52,040 nt of DNA from Clostridiales bacterium. Lineage in GTDB: Bacteria; Bacillota; Clostridia; Oscillospirales; RGIG5299. Position numbers and translations under genes: made by a program. Shown piece by piece: positions 44,752 through 52,040 of this stretch; positions within the stretch are counted from its first letter, which is position 1, and the number at the start of each line of letters is the position of its first letter. A model generated the notes under the pieces. That model was not told the origin of the DNA, did no database searches, and saw only the letters and a list, made by a program, of their open reading frames with translations. The DNA lies in the NCBI GenBank assembly GCA_016281405.1, contig JAEEIO010000045.1, positions 1 through 52,040 of the forward strand, given 5' to 3'.

Positions 44752-45381
44752 ATGGAAAAGGAACAGATCATCGGCAGAATCAAAGAAGGCGGGCTCGTCG
44801 CCGTAGTGCGCGCCGAGAACGCCGAGAAGGCGATAAGCATCACCGAGGCCTGCATCGAAGGCGGCGTCGCCGCCATAGAGCTTACCTTCACCGTCCCCTT
44901 CGCCCATCAGGTCATCGAAACGCTCGCCAAAAGATACGATAAGGGCGAGATAATAATAGGCGCGGGCACGGTGCTTGACGGCGAGACCGCCCGGATAGCC
45001 ATGCTTTCGGGAGCGCGCTTTATCGTCTCCCCCTGCTTTAAGGAGGATATTGTTCGCCTTTGCAACCGCTACCGCGCGCCCGTAATGCCCGGCGTTATGA
45101 CGGTCACCGAGGCGGTCGCCGCCATGGAGGCGGGAGCCGACGTCTTAAAGGTCTTCCCGGGCGAGCTTTTGGGCCCCTCGTTCATCAAAGCCCTTCGCGG
45201 CCCGCTCCCCTACGCGCAGATCATGCCGACGGGCGGCGTCAGCGAGGAAAACGCGGCCGAGTGGATAAAGGCGGGCGCGGTGGCGCTCGGAGTCGGCGGC
45301 GCTCTCACCAAGGGGACGCCCGAGGAGATAAAGGCTCGCGCCGAACGCTTTATAAAGATAATAGGAGAGGCAAGAAAATGA
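44752..45381 (+). CDS. eda: 2-dehydro-3-deoxyphosphogluconate / 4-hydroxy-2-oxoglutarate aldolase
   Basis: IELTF, GAGTVL, PGVMTVTE and LKVFP motifs of KDPG aldolase; 209 aa. Confidence 0.9.
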   Translation: MEKEQIIGRIKEGGLVAVVRAENAEKAISITEACIEGGVAAIELTFTVPFAHQVIETLAKRYDKGEIIIGAGTVLDGETARIAMLSGARFIVSPCFKEDIVRLCNRYRAPVMPGVMTVTEAVAAMEAGADVLKVFPGELLGPSFIKALRGPLPYAQIMPTGGVSEENAAEWIKAGAVALGVGGALTKGTPEEIKARAERFIKIIGEARK

Positions 45382-46469
45382 AAATAAGACCGAGAGAAAA
45401 CTCCGCTTTCGACTGCGTCTCGCTCGGCGAGGTCATGCTCCGTCTTGACCCCGGCGACAGCCGCATCCGCTGCGCCCGCTCCTTCACGGTATGGGAGGGC
45501 GGCGGCGAGTATAACGTCGCGAGAGGCCTCGCCCGCTGCTTCGGCATGCGGACGGCCGTGGTCACGGCCTTAGCCGAAAACGACGTCGGCTATCTTATCG
45601 AAGACTTTATCCGTCAGGGCGGCGTCGACACCTCGTTTATTCATTGGACGGAATACGACGGCGTCGGCCGCGCCGTAAGAAACGGACTCAATTTCACCGA
45701 ACGCGGCTTCGGCGTGCGCGGAGCGCTCGGCGTCTCCGACCGCGGCAACTCGGCCGCCTCAAAGCTCGAGCCCGAAGACGTCGATTGGGAATATCTTTTC
45801 GGGACGTTGGGCGTCCGCTGGCTCCACACGGGCGGCATTTACGCGGCGCTTTCCGAGTCGTCGGCCCGCGTCGTCAAGGCGGCGGTCGAGGCGGCGAAAA
45901 AACACGGAACGATCGTCTCTTACGACTTGAACTACCGCCCGTCGCTCTGGAAGGCGCAGGGCGGCATCGAGCGCGCCCGCGAGGTCAATAAGGCCGTCGC
46001 GCCCTACGTCGACGTCATGATAGGCAACGAGGAGGACTTTACCGCCTGCCTCGGACTTGAAGTCCCCGGCAACGACGAAAACCTTCAAAAGCTCGCCGTC
46101 GACGGCTACGCCTCGATGATAGAGACGGCCAAAAAGGAATACCCGAATTTTCAGGCGATAGCGACGACGCTTCGCGCCGTCAAGACCGCCTCCGTAAACG
46201 ACTGGTCGGCGTTATGCTGGCTCGACGGAAAAATATATAAATCCCGTCAGTATGAAAACCTCGAGATATTCGACCGCGTCGGCGGCGGCGACAGCTTCGC
46301 GAGCGGCCTCATATACGGACTTATGACGACGGGCGACGGACAGAAAGCCGTCGACTACGGCGCGGCGCACGGAGCGCTCGCCATGACCACCCCGGGCGAT
46401 ACCTCGATGGCGCGTCTTTCCGAGGTCGAGGCCCTTATGAACGGCAAGGGCGCCCGCGTCAAGCGCTGA
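45378..46469 (+). CDS. kdgK: 2-dehydro-3-deoxygluconokinase (PfkB family)
   Basis: The start ATG at 45378 overlaps the eda stop (ATGA). GGGDSFASG PfkB signature. The track ORF from 45060 is an out-of-context extension across eda. Confidence 0.85.
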   Translation: MKIRPRENSAFDCVSLGEVMLRLDPGDSRIRCARSFTVWEGGGEYNVARGLARCFGMRTAVVTALAENDVGYLIEDFIRQGGVDTSFIHWTEYDGVGRAVRNGLNFTERGFGVRGALGVSDRGNSAASKLEPEDVDWEYLFGTLGVRWLHTGGIYAALSESSARVVKAAVEAAKKHGTIVSYDLNYRPSLWKAQGGIERAREVNKAVAPYVDVMIGNEEDFTACLGLEVPGNDENLQKLAVDGYASMIETAKKEYPNFQAIATTLRAVKTASVNDWSALCWLDGKIYKSRQYENLEIFDRVGGGDSFASGLIYGLMTTGDGQKAVDYGAAHGALAMTTPGDTSMARLSEVEALMNGKGARVKR

Positions 46470-46497
46470 TTATTTTAGCGAGGGGAGCGTTATCCCG

Positions 46498-47778
46498 ATG
46501 AGAAAAGAAAAAATCATCCAGTTCGGCGAGGGCGGCTTTTTACGCGGCTTTTTCGACTGGATGCTCCAGATAATCGACGAAACGACCGATTTCGGCGCCT
46601 CCGCCGTTATCGTTCAGCCGATAGAGAAGGGGACGTGCGACCTGCTCGAAGCGCAAAACTGCCGCTACTCGCACGTCATGAGGGGACTTAAAAACGGCGA
46701 ACCGACGGTCGAGATAAAGGCGATAGACGTCGTCTCACGAACCGTAAAGCCCTATCGGAACTTCGGGGACTATCTCGCCCTCGCGGAAAACCCCGACTTT
46801 CGCTTCGTGGTCTCCAACACCACCGAGGCGGGCATCGCCTACGACCCCGACGACAGGCCCGAAAAAGCGCCCTTCGTCACCTTTCCCGCAAAGGTCGCCC
46901 TGCTCCTTAAAAGGCGGTTCGACCTCGGCCTTCGCGGCTTTATTTTCCTCCCCTGCGAGCTGATAGAGAAAAACGGAAAGACTCTTAAAGAGTTCGTTCT
47001 GAAATACGCGCGCGATTGGAACTTCGGCGACGCCTTTTGCGATTGGCTCGACGCCGAAAACGTCTTTTGCGACACCCTCGTCGACCGCATCGTGACGGGC
47101 TACCCGAAGGACGAATACGACGATCTCAAGGCAAACGACCGCCTTCTCGACACGAGCGAGCTTTTTCACCTCTGGGTCATCGAAACCGATTACGACTTAC
47201 TAAAAGAGATCCCCTTTGACAAAACCGACCTCAACGTGATAATAACGGATAATCTGGAACGCTACCGCACCCGCAAGGTGCGGATACTGAACGGCGCCCA
47301 TACCGCTATGATACCCTACGCGATGCTTCGCGGCATCGAAACGGTGAAGGAGTGCATGGAGGACGAGAGCATGAGCCGCTTCGTCCGTTCCTGCGTCTTC
47401 GACGAGATCATCCCCACCCTCGACCTGCCGAAGGAAGAGCTTATCTCCTACGCCAACGACGTTTTCGAACGCTTCGAAAACCCCTATATCCGCCATCTCT
47501 GCGCCTCGATCTCCTTGAATTCCGTCAGCAAATTCAAGGTCCGCGTCCTGCCGTCGATACTCGAATACGTAAAGCGGACGGGGAGGATGCCCGACAAACT
47601 GCTCACGTCGTTTGCGAAGCTTATAGACTTTTACAAAACCGATATGCCAAACGACGACCCCGCGGTCATGAAATTCATGAAGGAAAGCGACGTTGCGCGG
47701 ATTTTATCCGAAACGAAGCTGTGGGGGACCGATCTATCGTTTCTGACGAAAGAGGTTGAAAAACGATGCGGACGTTAA
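46498..47778 (+). CDS. uxaB: Tagaturonate reductase (altronate oxidoreductase)
   Basis: Mannitol-dehydrogenase family N-terminus IIQFGEGGFLRGFFDWM. Operon context with uxaA and uxaC. Confidence 0.8.
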   Translation: MRKEKIIQFGEGGFLRGFFDWMLQIIDETTDFGASAVIVQPIEKGTCDLLEAQNCRYSHVMRGLKNGEPTVEIKAIDVVSRTVKPYRNFGDYLALAENPDFRFVVSNTTEAGIAYDPDDRPEKAPFVTFPAKVALLLKRRFDLGLRGFIFLPCELIEKNGKTLKEFVLKYARDWNFGDAFCDWLDAENVFCDTLVDRIVTGYPKDEYDDLKANDRLLDTSELFHLWVIETDYDLLKEIPFDKTDLNVIITDNLERYRTRKVRILNGAHTAMIPYAMLRGIETVKECMEDESMSRFVRSCVFDEIIPTLDLPKEELISYANDVFERFENPYIRHLCASISLNSVSKFKVRVLPSILEYVKRTGRMPDKLLTSFAKLIDFYKTDMPNDDPAVMKFMKESDVARILSETKLWGTDLSFLTKEVEKRCGR

Positions 47779-49151
47779 AACTCAACCCCGCCGACAACGT
47801 CGCGGTAAATCTCGAAAACGGTCATAAATACGCCGTCCGCGCGATCTCAGAAGGGGAAAACGTCATAAAATACGGTTACCCCATCGGCCGCGCCACGCGC
47901 GACGTGGCGGAGGGCGAGCACGTCCACACCCACAATATGCGGACGAACCTCGACGTCCGCCCGCGCTACGAATACGAGCCCGATTTTTACCCGACCGCGT
48001 CGGAAACGCCCCTTACCTTCAAAGGCTACTTACGCAAAAACGGCGAGGCGGGCGTCAGAAACGAAATATGGATAATAAACACCGTCGGATGCGTCAACAA
48101 GACGGCGGCGCGGCTTTCGGAGCTGACGGGCGCATACTGCTTCGAACATCCCTTCGGATGCTCCCAGCTCGGCGACGATATGACGACGACGCAGTATATT
48201 CTGCGGGGCCTTGTCAACCATCCCAACGCCGCGGGCGTCCTCGTCCTCGGCCTCGGCTGCGAAAACAACAATATCGCCGTTTTCAAAAAGACGCTCGGCG
48301 AGTGGGACGGCGAGCGGGTGAAATTTCTCAATATTCAGGACGTTGACGACGAAATCTCCGTCGGCGCGGGTCTTATAAACGAACTCCGTAATTACGCGGA
48401 CCGTTTCGGGCGGACGGACTTGCCGGTCTCAAAACTAAGAATAGGACTCAAATGCGGCGGGAGCGACGGCTTCAGCGGCATAACCGCCAATCCGCTCGTC
48501 GGAGCCTTTTCCGACAGGATGGCGGCCATGGGCGCCCGCCTCATTATGACCGAGGTGCCCGAGATGTTCGGCGCCGAGCGGCTCTTAATGAAACGCTGTC
48601 CCACAAGGGAACTTTTCGACAAAACCGTCGACCTCATAAACGGCTTCAAGGACTATTTCGAGCGCCACGGACAGACGGTCTACGAAAACCCGTCCCCGGG
48701 CAACAAGGAGGGCGGAATAACGACGCTCGAGGAAAAGTCGCTCGGCTGTATTCTCAAAGGCGGCATGGGCCCCGTCGCCGACGTGCTCGATTACGGCGAC
48801 GTCGCCGAAAAAAGCGGCTTAAACCTCCTAAACGGTCCCGGCAACGACCTCGTATCCTCCACCAATCTCACGGCCGCGGGCGCGCATTTGATCCTCTTCA
48901 CGACGGGCCGCGGCACCCCCTTCGGCGCCCCCGTCCCCACGGTAAAAATCGCCACCAACGCCGCGCTGGCGAACAAAAAGAAAAACTGGATAGACTTCGA
49001 CGCCTCGCCCATACTTGACGGCGTCCCGACCGAAAGCCTGGCCTCGTCGCTCACCGAAACGGTTCTCAAAATCGCCTCGGGCGAGCGGACGAAAAACGAG
49101 CAAAACGGCTATCGCGAAATCTCTGTATTCAAGGACGGTATCGTGCTATGA
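47766..49151 (+). CDS. uxaA: Altronate dehydratase
   Basis: N-terminal SAF domain (LKLNPADNVAVNL...) and a GD_AH_C-like C-terminus. It overlaps uxaB and uxaC. Confidence 0.85.
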   Translation: MRTLKLNPADNVAVNLENGHKYAVRAISEGENVIKYGYPIGRATRDVAEGEHVHTHNMRTNLDVRPRYEYEPDFYPTASETPLTFKGYLRKNGEAGVRNEIWIINTVGCVNKTAARLSELTGAYCFEHPFGCSQLGDDMTTTQYILRGLVNHPNAAGVLVLGLGCENNNIAVFKKTLGEWDGERVKFLNIQDVDDEISVGAGLINELRNYADRFGRTDLPVSKLRIGLKCGGSDGFSGITANPLVGAFSDRMAAMGARLIMTEVPEMFGAERLLMKRCPTRELFDKTVDLINGFKDYFERHGQTVYENPSPGNKEGGITTLEEKSLGCILKGGMGPVADVLDYGDVAEKSGLNLLNGPGNDLVSSTNLTAAGAHLILFTTGRGTPFGAPVPTVKIATNAALANKKKNWIDFDASPILDGVPTESLASSLTETVLKIASGERTKNEQNGYREISVFKDGIVL

Positions 49152-50506
49152 TCACTGAAGATTTTCTCTTGAAAAGCGACACGGCGAAGGAGCTTTACGC
49201 CTCCGTCAAAGACCTGCCGATAATCGACTACCATTGCCACCTGTCCCCGAAGATGATAGCGGAGGACTACCGCTTCCGTGACGCCTGCGACCTCTTTTTA
49301 GGCGGCGACCACTACAAATGGCGTCAGCTCCGCTCCTTCGGCATAGACGAAAAATATATCACGGGCGACGCCGACGGCCGCGAAAAATGGCTCCGCTTCG
49401 CGAAAGCCTATCCCTATATGATAGGGAACCCGATATATCATTGGACGGCGCTCGAATTAAAGCGCTATTTCGGCGTCGACGAGCCTCTTTCCGAGGATAC
49501 CGCCGAAGAAATATGGGAAAAGTGCGGGAGACTCCTTGCGTCGGAGGGATACGGCGCCCGCGGACTTATCCTTCGTTCCGGCGTCGAGGTGATCTGCACC
49601 ACCGACGACCCCGCCGACAGCCTCGAATACCATAAGGCTCTGCGGGAAAGCGGCTTTCCCGTCAAGGTTTTGCCGACCTTCCGCCCCGACAGGCTTTTAA
49701 GCATTGAAAAGCCCGACTTTACCGATTACGTAAAGGCGGCCTCCCTCGACGGTCTGGAGTCCGTCGCCGCCTGGATAGACGAAAAAACCGCCTTTTTCCA
49801 CCAAAACGGCTGCCGCCTTTCCGACCAGGCCCTGGGTTATGTCCCCTACGCCGTCGGCGACGCCGACGCGGCGCTTAAAAAACGCCTCGCGGGCGAAACG
49901 CTCTCGCGCGAAGAGACGGACGTCTACAAAACCGCCGTTTTAAGCCTTCTCGCGAAGCGCTACGCCGAGCTCGGCTGGGCGATGCAGATACATATCGGCG
50001 CCCTTCGGAACAATAATACCGAAATGTTCGGCCGCCTCGGCGCCGACACGGGCTTCGACTCGATAAACGACCGCGAGGTCGCCGAAAATCTCTCGGCGTT
50101 TTTAGACAGCCTCGATAAAATAGACCGTCTCCCGAAGACGATTTTGTATAACCTCAACCCGAAGGATAATTACGTCCTCGCCTCGATGATCGGCAATTTC
50201 CAGAAAGGGCCGCAAAAGGGCAAACTGCAGTTCGGCTCGGGATGGTGGTTCAACGACAACATAAGCGGCATGACAGCCCAGCTCGAAGCTCTCGCGAACC
50301 TCGGCGTTTTGGGGACCTTCGTCGGAATGCTCACCGACTCCCGAAGCTTCGTCTCCTACACCCGCCACGAGTATTTCAGAAGGATCTTCTGCAATTTACT
50401 CGGCTCATGGGTCGAGGACGGCCTCTACCCGCGCGATACGGCGCGTCTCAAAGAGATAGCCGCCGACGTCTGCTACCGTAACGCGAAATCCTATTTCGGA
50501 TTTTGA
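49148..50506 (+). CDS. uxaC: Glucuronate isomerase
   Basis: N-terminus LPIIDYHCHLSPKMIAED and full-length UxaC-like sequence; 452 aa. Confidence 0.9.
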   Translation: MITEDFLLKSDTAKELYASVKDLPIIDYHCHLSPKMIAEDYRFRDACDLFLGGDHYKWRQLRSFGIDEKYITGDADGREKWLRFAKAYPYMIGNPIYHWTALELKRYFGVDEPLSEDTAEEIWEKCGRLLASEGYGARGLILRSGVEVICTTDDPADSLEYHKALRESGFPVKVLPTFRPDRLLSIEKPDFTDYVKAASLDGLESVAAWIDEKTAFFHQNGCRLSDQALGYVPYAVGDADAALKKRLAGETLSREETDVYKTAVLSLLAKRYAELGWAMQIHIGALRNNNTEMFGRLGADTGFDSINDREVAENLSAFLDSLDKIDRLPKTILYNLNPKDNYVLASMIGNFQKGPQKGKLQFGSGWWFNDNISGMTAQLEALANLGVLGTFVGMLTDSRSFVSYTRHEYFRRIFCNLLGSWVEDGLYPRDTARLKEIAADVCYRNAKSYFGF

Positions 50507-50569
50507 TTTGCCGAAAAAGCCGTCCGAAAAACCGTTTTTCCCGAGAACCCCGCTTCATACAAATAACGA

Positions 50570-50593
50570 TTCCGCGGCCAAAAGGCCGCGGAA
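50570..50593. terminator. Stem-loop between convergent genes (probable terminator)
   Basis: ttccgcggcc-aaaa-ggccgcggaa, a 10-bp stem with weak T-runs. Confidence 0.5.
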
Positions 50594-50615
50594 CTCATTA
50601 TATAACAAAAAACCG

Positions 50616-51611
50616 TTACCAAACCTTTTCACTCGCGGCGAGCGCGATAAACCGTTCGTTTTTACTGTTGACCGCGCAGTAGAAATGGTAAAGAACGCCG
50701 CCGCGACGGATGAGAGCGGATTTATGCGCGTAAACGTCTTCCCATTGATATTCGCTCTCTATAAGCGGTTTCCCTTCCCAACGCGTCCAGTTGACAAGAT
50801 CGTATGACGCCGCAAACGTATTATAAGTCACGCCGTTTTTCAAAACGAAGTAAATCATGATATAAAGACCGTCATAGCGCAAAATCAGGGGGTCTCCCGT
50901 AATTTTTGCGTCCGGCTCCGCAAAAACCGCCCTGTCGAGATATCGCGTCCAATGCTCTCCGTCGTCCGAAACCGCCAGAAAAACGGTTTCGACGTCGTCG
51001 CCGTCCTTAGCGTTGTAAACGTTGACGTAGCGGTGACCAAGCGTTTCGGCGTCGTCGATGAAGAGATTGCTCTTGAAGAGGGTTTTCCGCTCGCCGGGAC
51101 GGCTGTCCGCGTCAAAAGGGGAAAGGATCGGCCGTTCAAAGCGCTCATACGAAGCGGGATCCGTTATATTCCCGACGCGGCATTCTCCCATTTGCAGCGG
51201 ATCCGTCTCGTAGCCGTTCAGATTGCCGCCCAGATAAGAGAAGCAGAAATGCCCGTTGACGCGACGTATCTCGTAATTACCGAACAAATCGTTGTCGACA
51301 AACGCGGCGTAGGCCGCCCGCTGTTTGGAGTCCCAGCAACCGTCCTCCGTTCGCTCCATTATCGGAAACAGAATTTCCCAGTGAAGCAGATCGTCGCTTT
51401 TCGCGAGATAGGATTCGTATCCCGAATCGGACGTATTCCGATTTATTTGGATAAAGGACAGATAATAGACGCCGCCTTGGCAAAAAAGAGAAGGGAAATC
51501 GCAAAACCGATCTTCAAACTTCATTACCGCGCCGTATTTATACGGCGTTTTCAGCTTCTCATAGATTTCCCGCATAATTCTTGCCGCGACGGTCGTTTTC
51601 CGCTTTTTCAT
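50616..51611 (-). CDS. Beta-propeller glycosidase-like protein (GH43/GH130/GH32-clan-like), cytoplasmic
   Basis: A 331-aa ORF with host codon bias and repeated blade-like motifs (GGVYYLSF, LLHWE, GHFCFSYLGG, VFLAVSDDGEHW, DGLYIMIYF, LVNWTRW, GVLYHFYC). The family was not firmly recognised. Confidence 0.5.
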   Translation of the reverse strand: MKKRKTTVAARIMREIYEKLKTPYKYGAVMKFEDRFCDFPSLFCQGGVYYLSFIQINRNTSDSGYESYLAKSDDLLHWEILFPIMERTEDGCWDSKQRAAYAAFVDNDLFGNYEIRRVNGHFCFSYLGGNLNGYETDPLQMGECRVGNITDPASYERFERPILSPFDADSRPGERKTLFKSNLFIDDAETLGHRYVNVYNAKDGDDVETVFLAVSDDGEHWTRYLDRAVFAEPDAKITGDPLILRYDGLYIMIYFVLKNGVTYNTFAASYDLVNWTRWEGKPLIESEYQWEDVYAHKSALIRRGGVLYHFYCAVNSKNERFIALAASEKVW

Positions 51612-51795
51612 ATCCGGTTTCTCCGTTTCCTCCGCGCTCCGCTAAATTACGGACGTCGTCGTATCTTTGATTGAGTCCGACGGCTTTGCTATCAGCATTT
51701 TTATGTGTTTCATAATAATTCTAACACAACGGACGATTAAATAAAACCCCCCAATACGGACATTTTGAAAAAAGTCTGTAGAGGACATAGCATTT

Positions 51796-51927
51796 CTCGG
51801 GCCCGAGAATGCGCCGAAGGCGTATTTCATGCCCGAAGGGCATATCATGTGCCTTGGCACATATCATCCGTTCCGCAAGGAACGGATATCATTGCGAAAG
51901 CCTCGCTTTCGCCTCGGGGACCCCGAA
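51796..51927. repeat. Hairpin-concatemer repeat, right copy (inverted relative to 177-298)
   Basis: Chain of palindromes: ctcggg/cccgag, atgcgcc-gaag-gcgtat, atgccc-gaag-ggcat, atgtgc-cttg-gcacat, atccgttcc-gcaa-ggaacggat, gcgaaagc-ctc-gctttcgc and cgggg-a-ccccg. The reverse complement matches 178-243 with about 3 mismatches in 66 nt by eye. Confidence 0.8.
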
Positions 51928-51954
51928 ACAAAAAGGAGCAGGAAAACCTGCTCC
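51928..51954 (-). terminator. Rho-independent terminator of the truncated minus-strand gene at the window edge
   Basis: The minus strand reads ggagcagg-uuuu-ccugcucc followed by UUUUUG. Confidence 0.65.
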
Positions 51955-51966
51955 GATACATAAGGA

Positions 51967-52040
51967 TCATTCGTTAAAATCGCTTTTATATTCAGGTGAT
52001 ATGATAAAATCGTTCCACGCTTCTTGTTCTGTTCCGAACA
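51967..52040 (-). CDS. 3' end of an unidentified gene, truncated by the window edge
   Basis: The open frame on the minus strand reads ...FGTEQEAWNDFIISPEYKSDFNE-stop, with the stop (TGA) at 51967-51969 and a terminator downstream. It is too short to assign. Confidence 0.4.
   Translation of the reverse strand, partial: FGTEQEAWNDFIISPEYKSDFNE

Noticed and set aside
45060-45377. N-terminal 106-aa extension of the kdgK ORF running across eda
   Set aside because: The extension is Arg/Gly-rich and out of frame inside the eda CDS. An ATG at 45378 with an upstream AGGAGAGG RBS and an ATGA overlap gives a canonical PfkB N-terminus.

Overview
This 52 kb window looks like chromosomal DNA from a high-GC Firmicute, probably a Clostridia or Oscillospiraceae-like organism. 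That guess rests on gene content, sigma-A type TTGACA/TATAAT promoters, lipoprotein lipoboxes and a SAM-I riboswitch. Most of the window is ordinary metabolism and envelope function. (1) 0.6-12 kb is a hexosamine/glycan locus: an XRE-HTH::GH20 fusion, a large lipoprotein, an ABC solute-binding lipoprotein, a beta-lactamase-family serine hydrolase, a Gfo/Idh/MocA oxidoreductase, nagA and nagB. (2) 12.1-13.9 kb is a lower-GC single-gene insert encoding six zinc-ribbon repeats around a Vsr/DUF559-like nuclease core. (3) 14-15.7 kb is a glutathione peroxidase-trxA-trxB operon. (4) Next come a six-hairpin-glycosidase-like lipoprotein and an SPFH protein with zinc ribbons. (5) 19.4-27.8 kb is a compact, tightly overlapping phage-derived module: small and large terminase, portal, scaffold, major capsid protein, three unknown structural ORFs and a holin. 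I see no integrase, repressor, replication genes, tape measure, fibres or endolysin, and its composition matches the host. This is the most interesting candidate, either a domesticated GTA-like or capsid-forming element or a podovirus-like remnant. (6) 27.9-31.3 kb carries a CPA2 antiporter coupled to a PII-like gene, and typA. (7) 31.5-34.4 kb holds a secreted protein whose 3' two-thirds, together with the downstream membrane protein, sit in a low-GC cassette. (8) Then follow metK behind a SAM-I riboswitch, a phage-type sigma-like/XRE divergent pair, a second GH20, envelope proteins, a GNAT and luxS. (9) 43.6-50.5 kb is an AraC-controlled eda-kdgK-uxaB-uxaA-uxaC hexuronate operon, followed by a beta-propeller glycosidase-like gene. 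Both window ends carry inverted copies of an unusual repeat built from concatenated short hairpins. No rRNA, tRNA, CRISPR array, transposase or integrase was recognised. Everything comes from reading the sequence and ORF track by eye; no searches were run.
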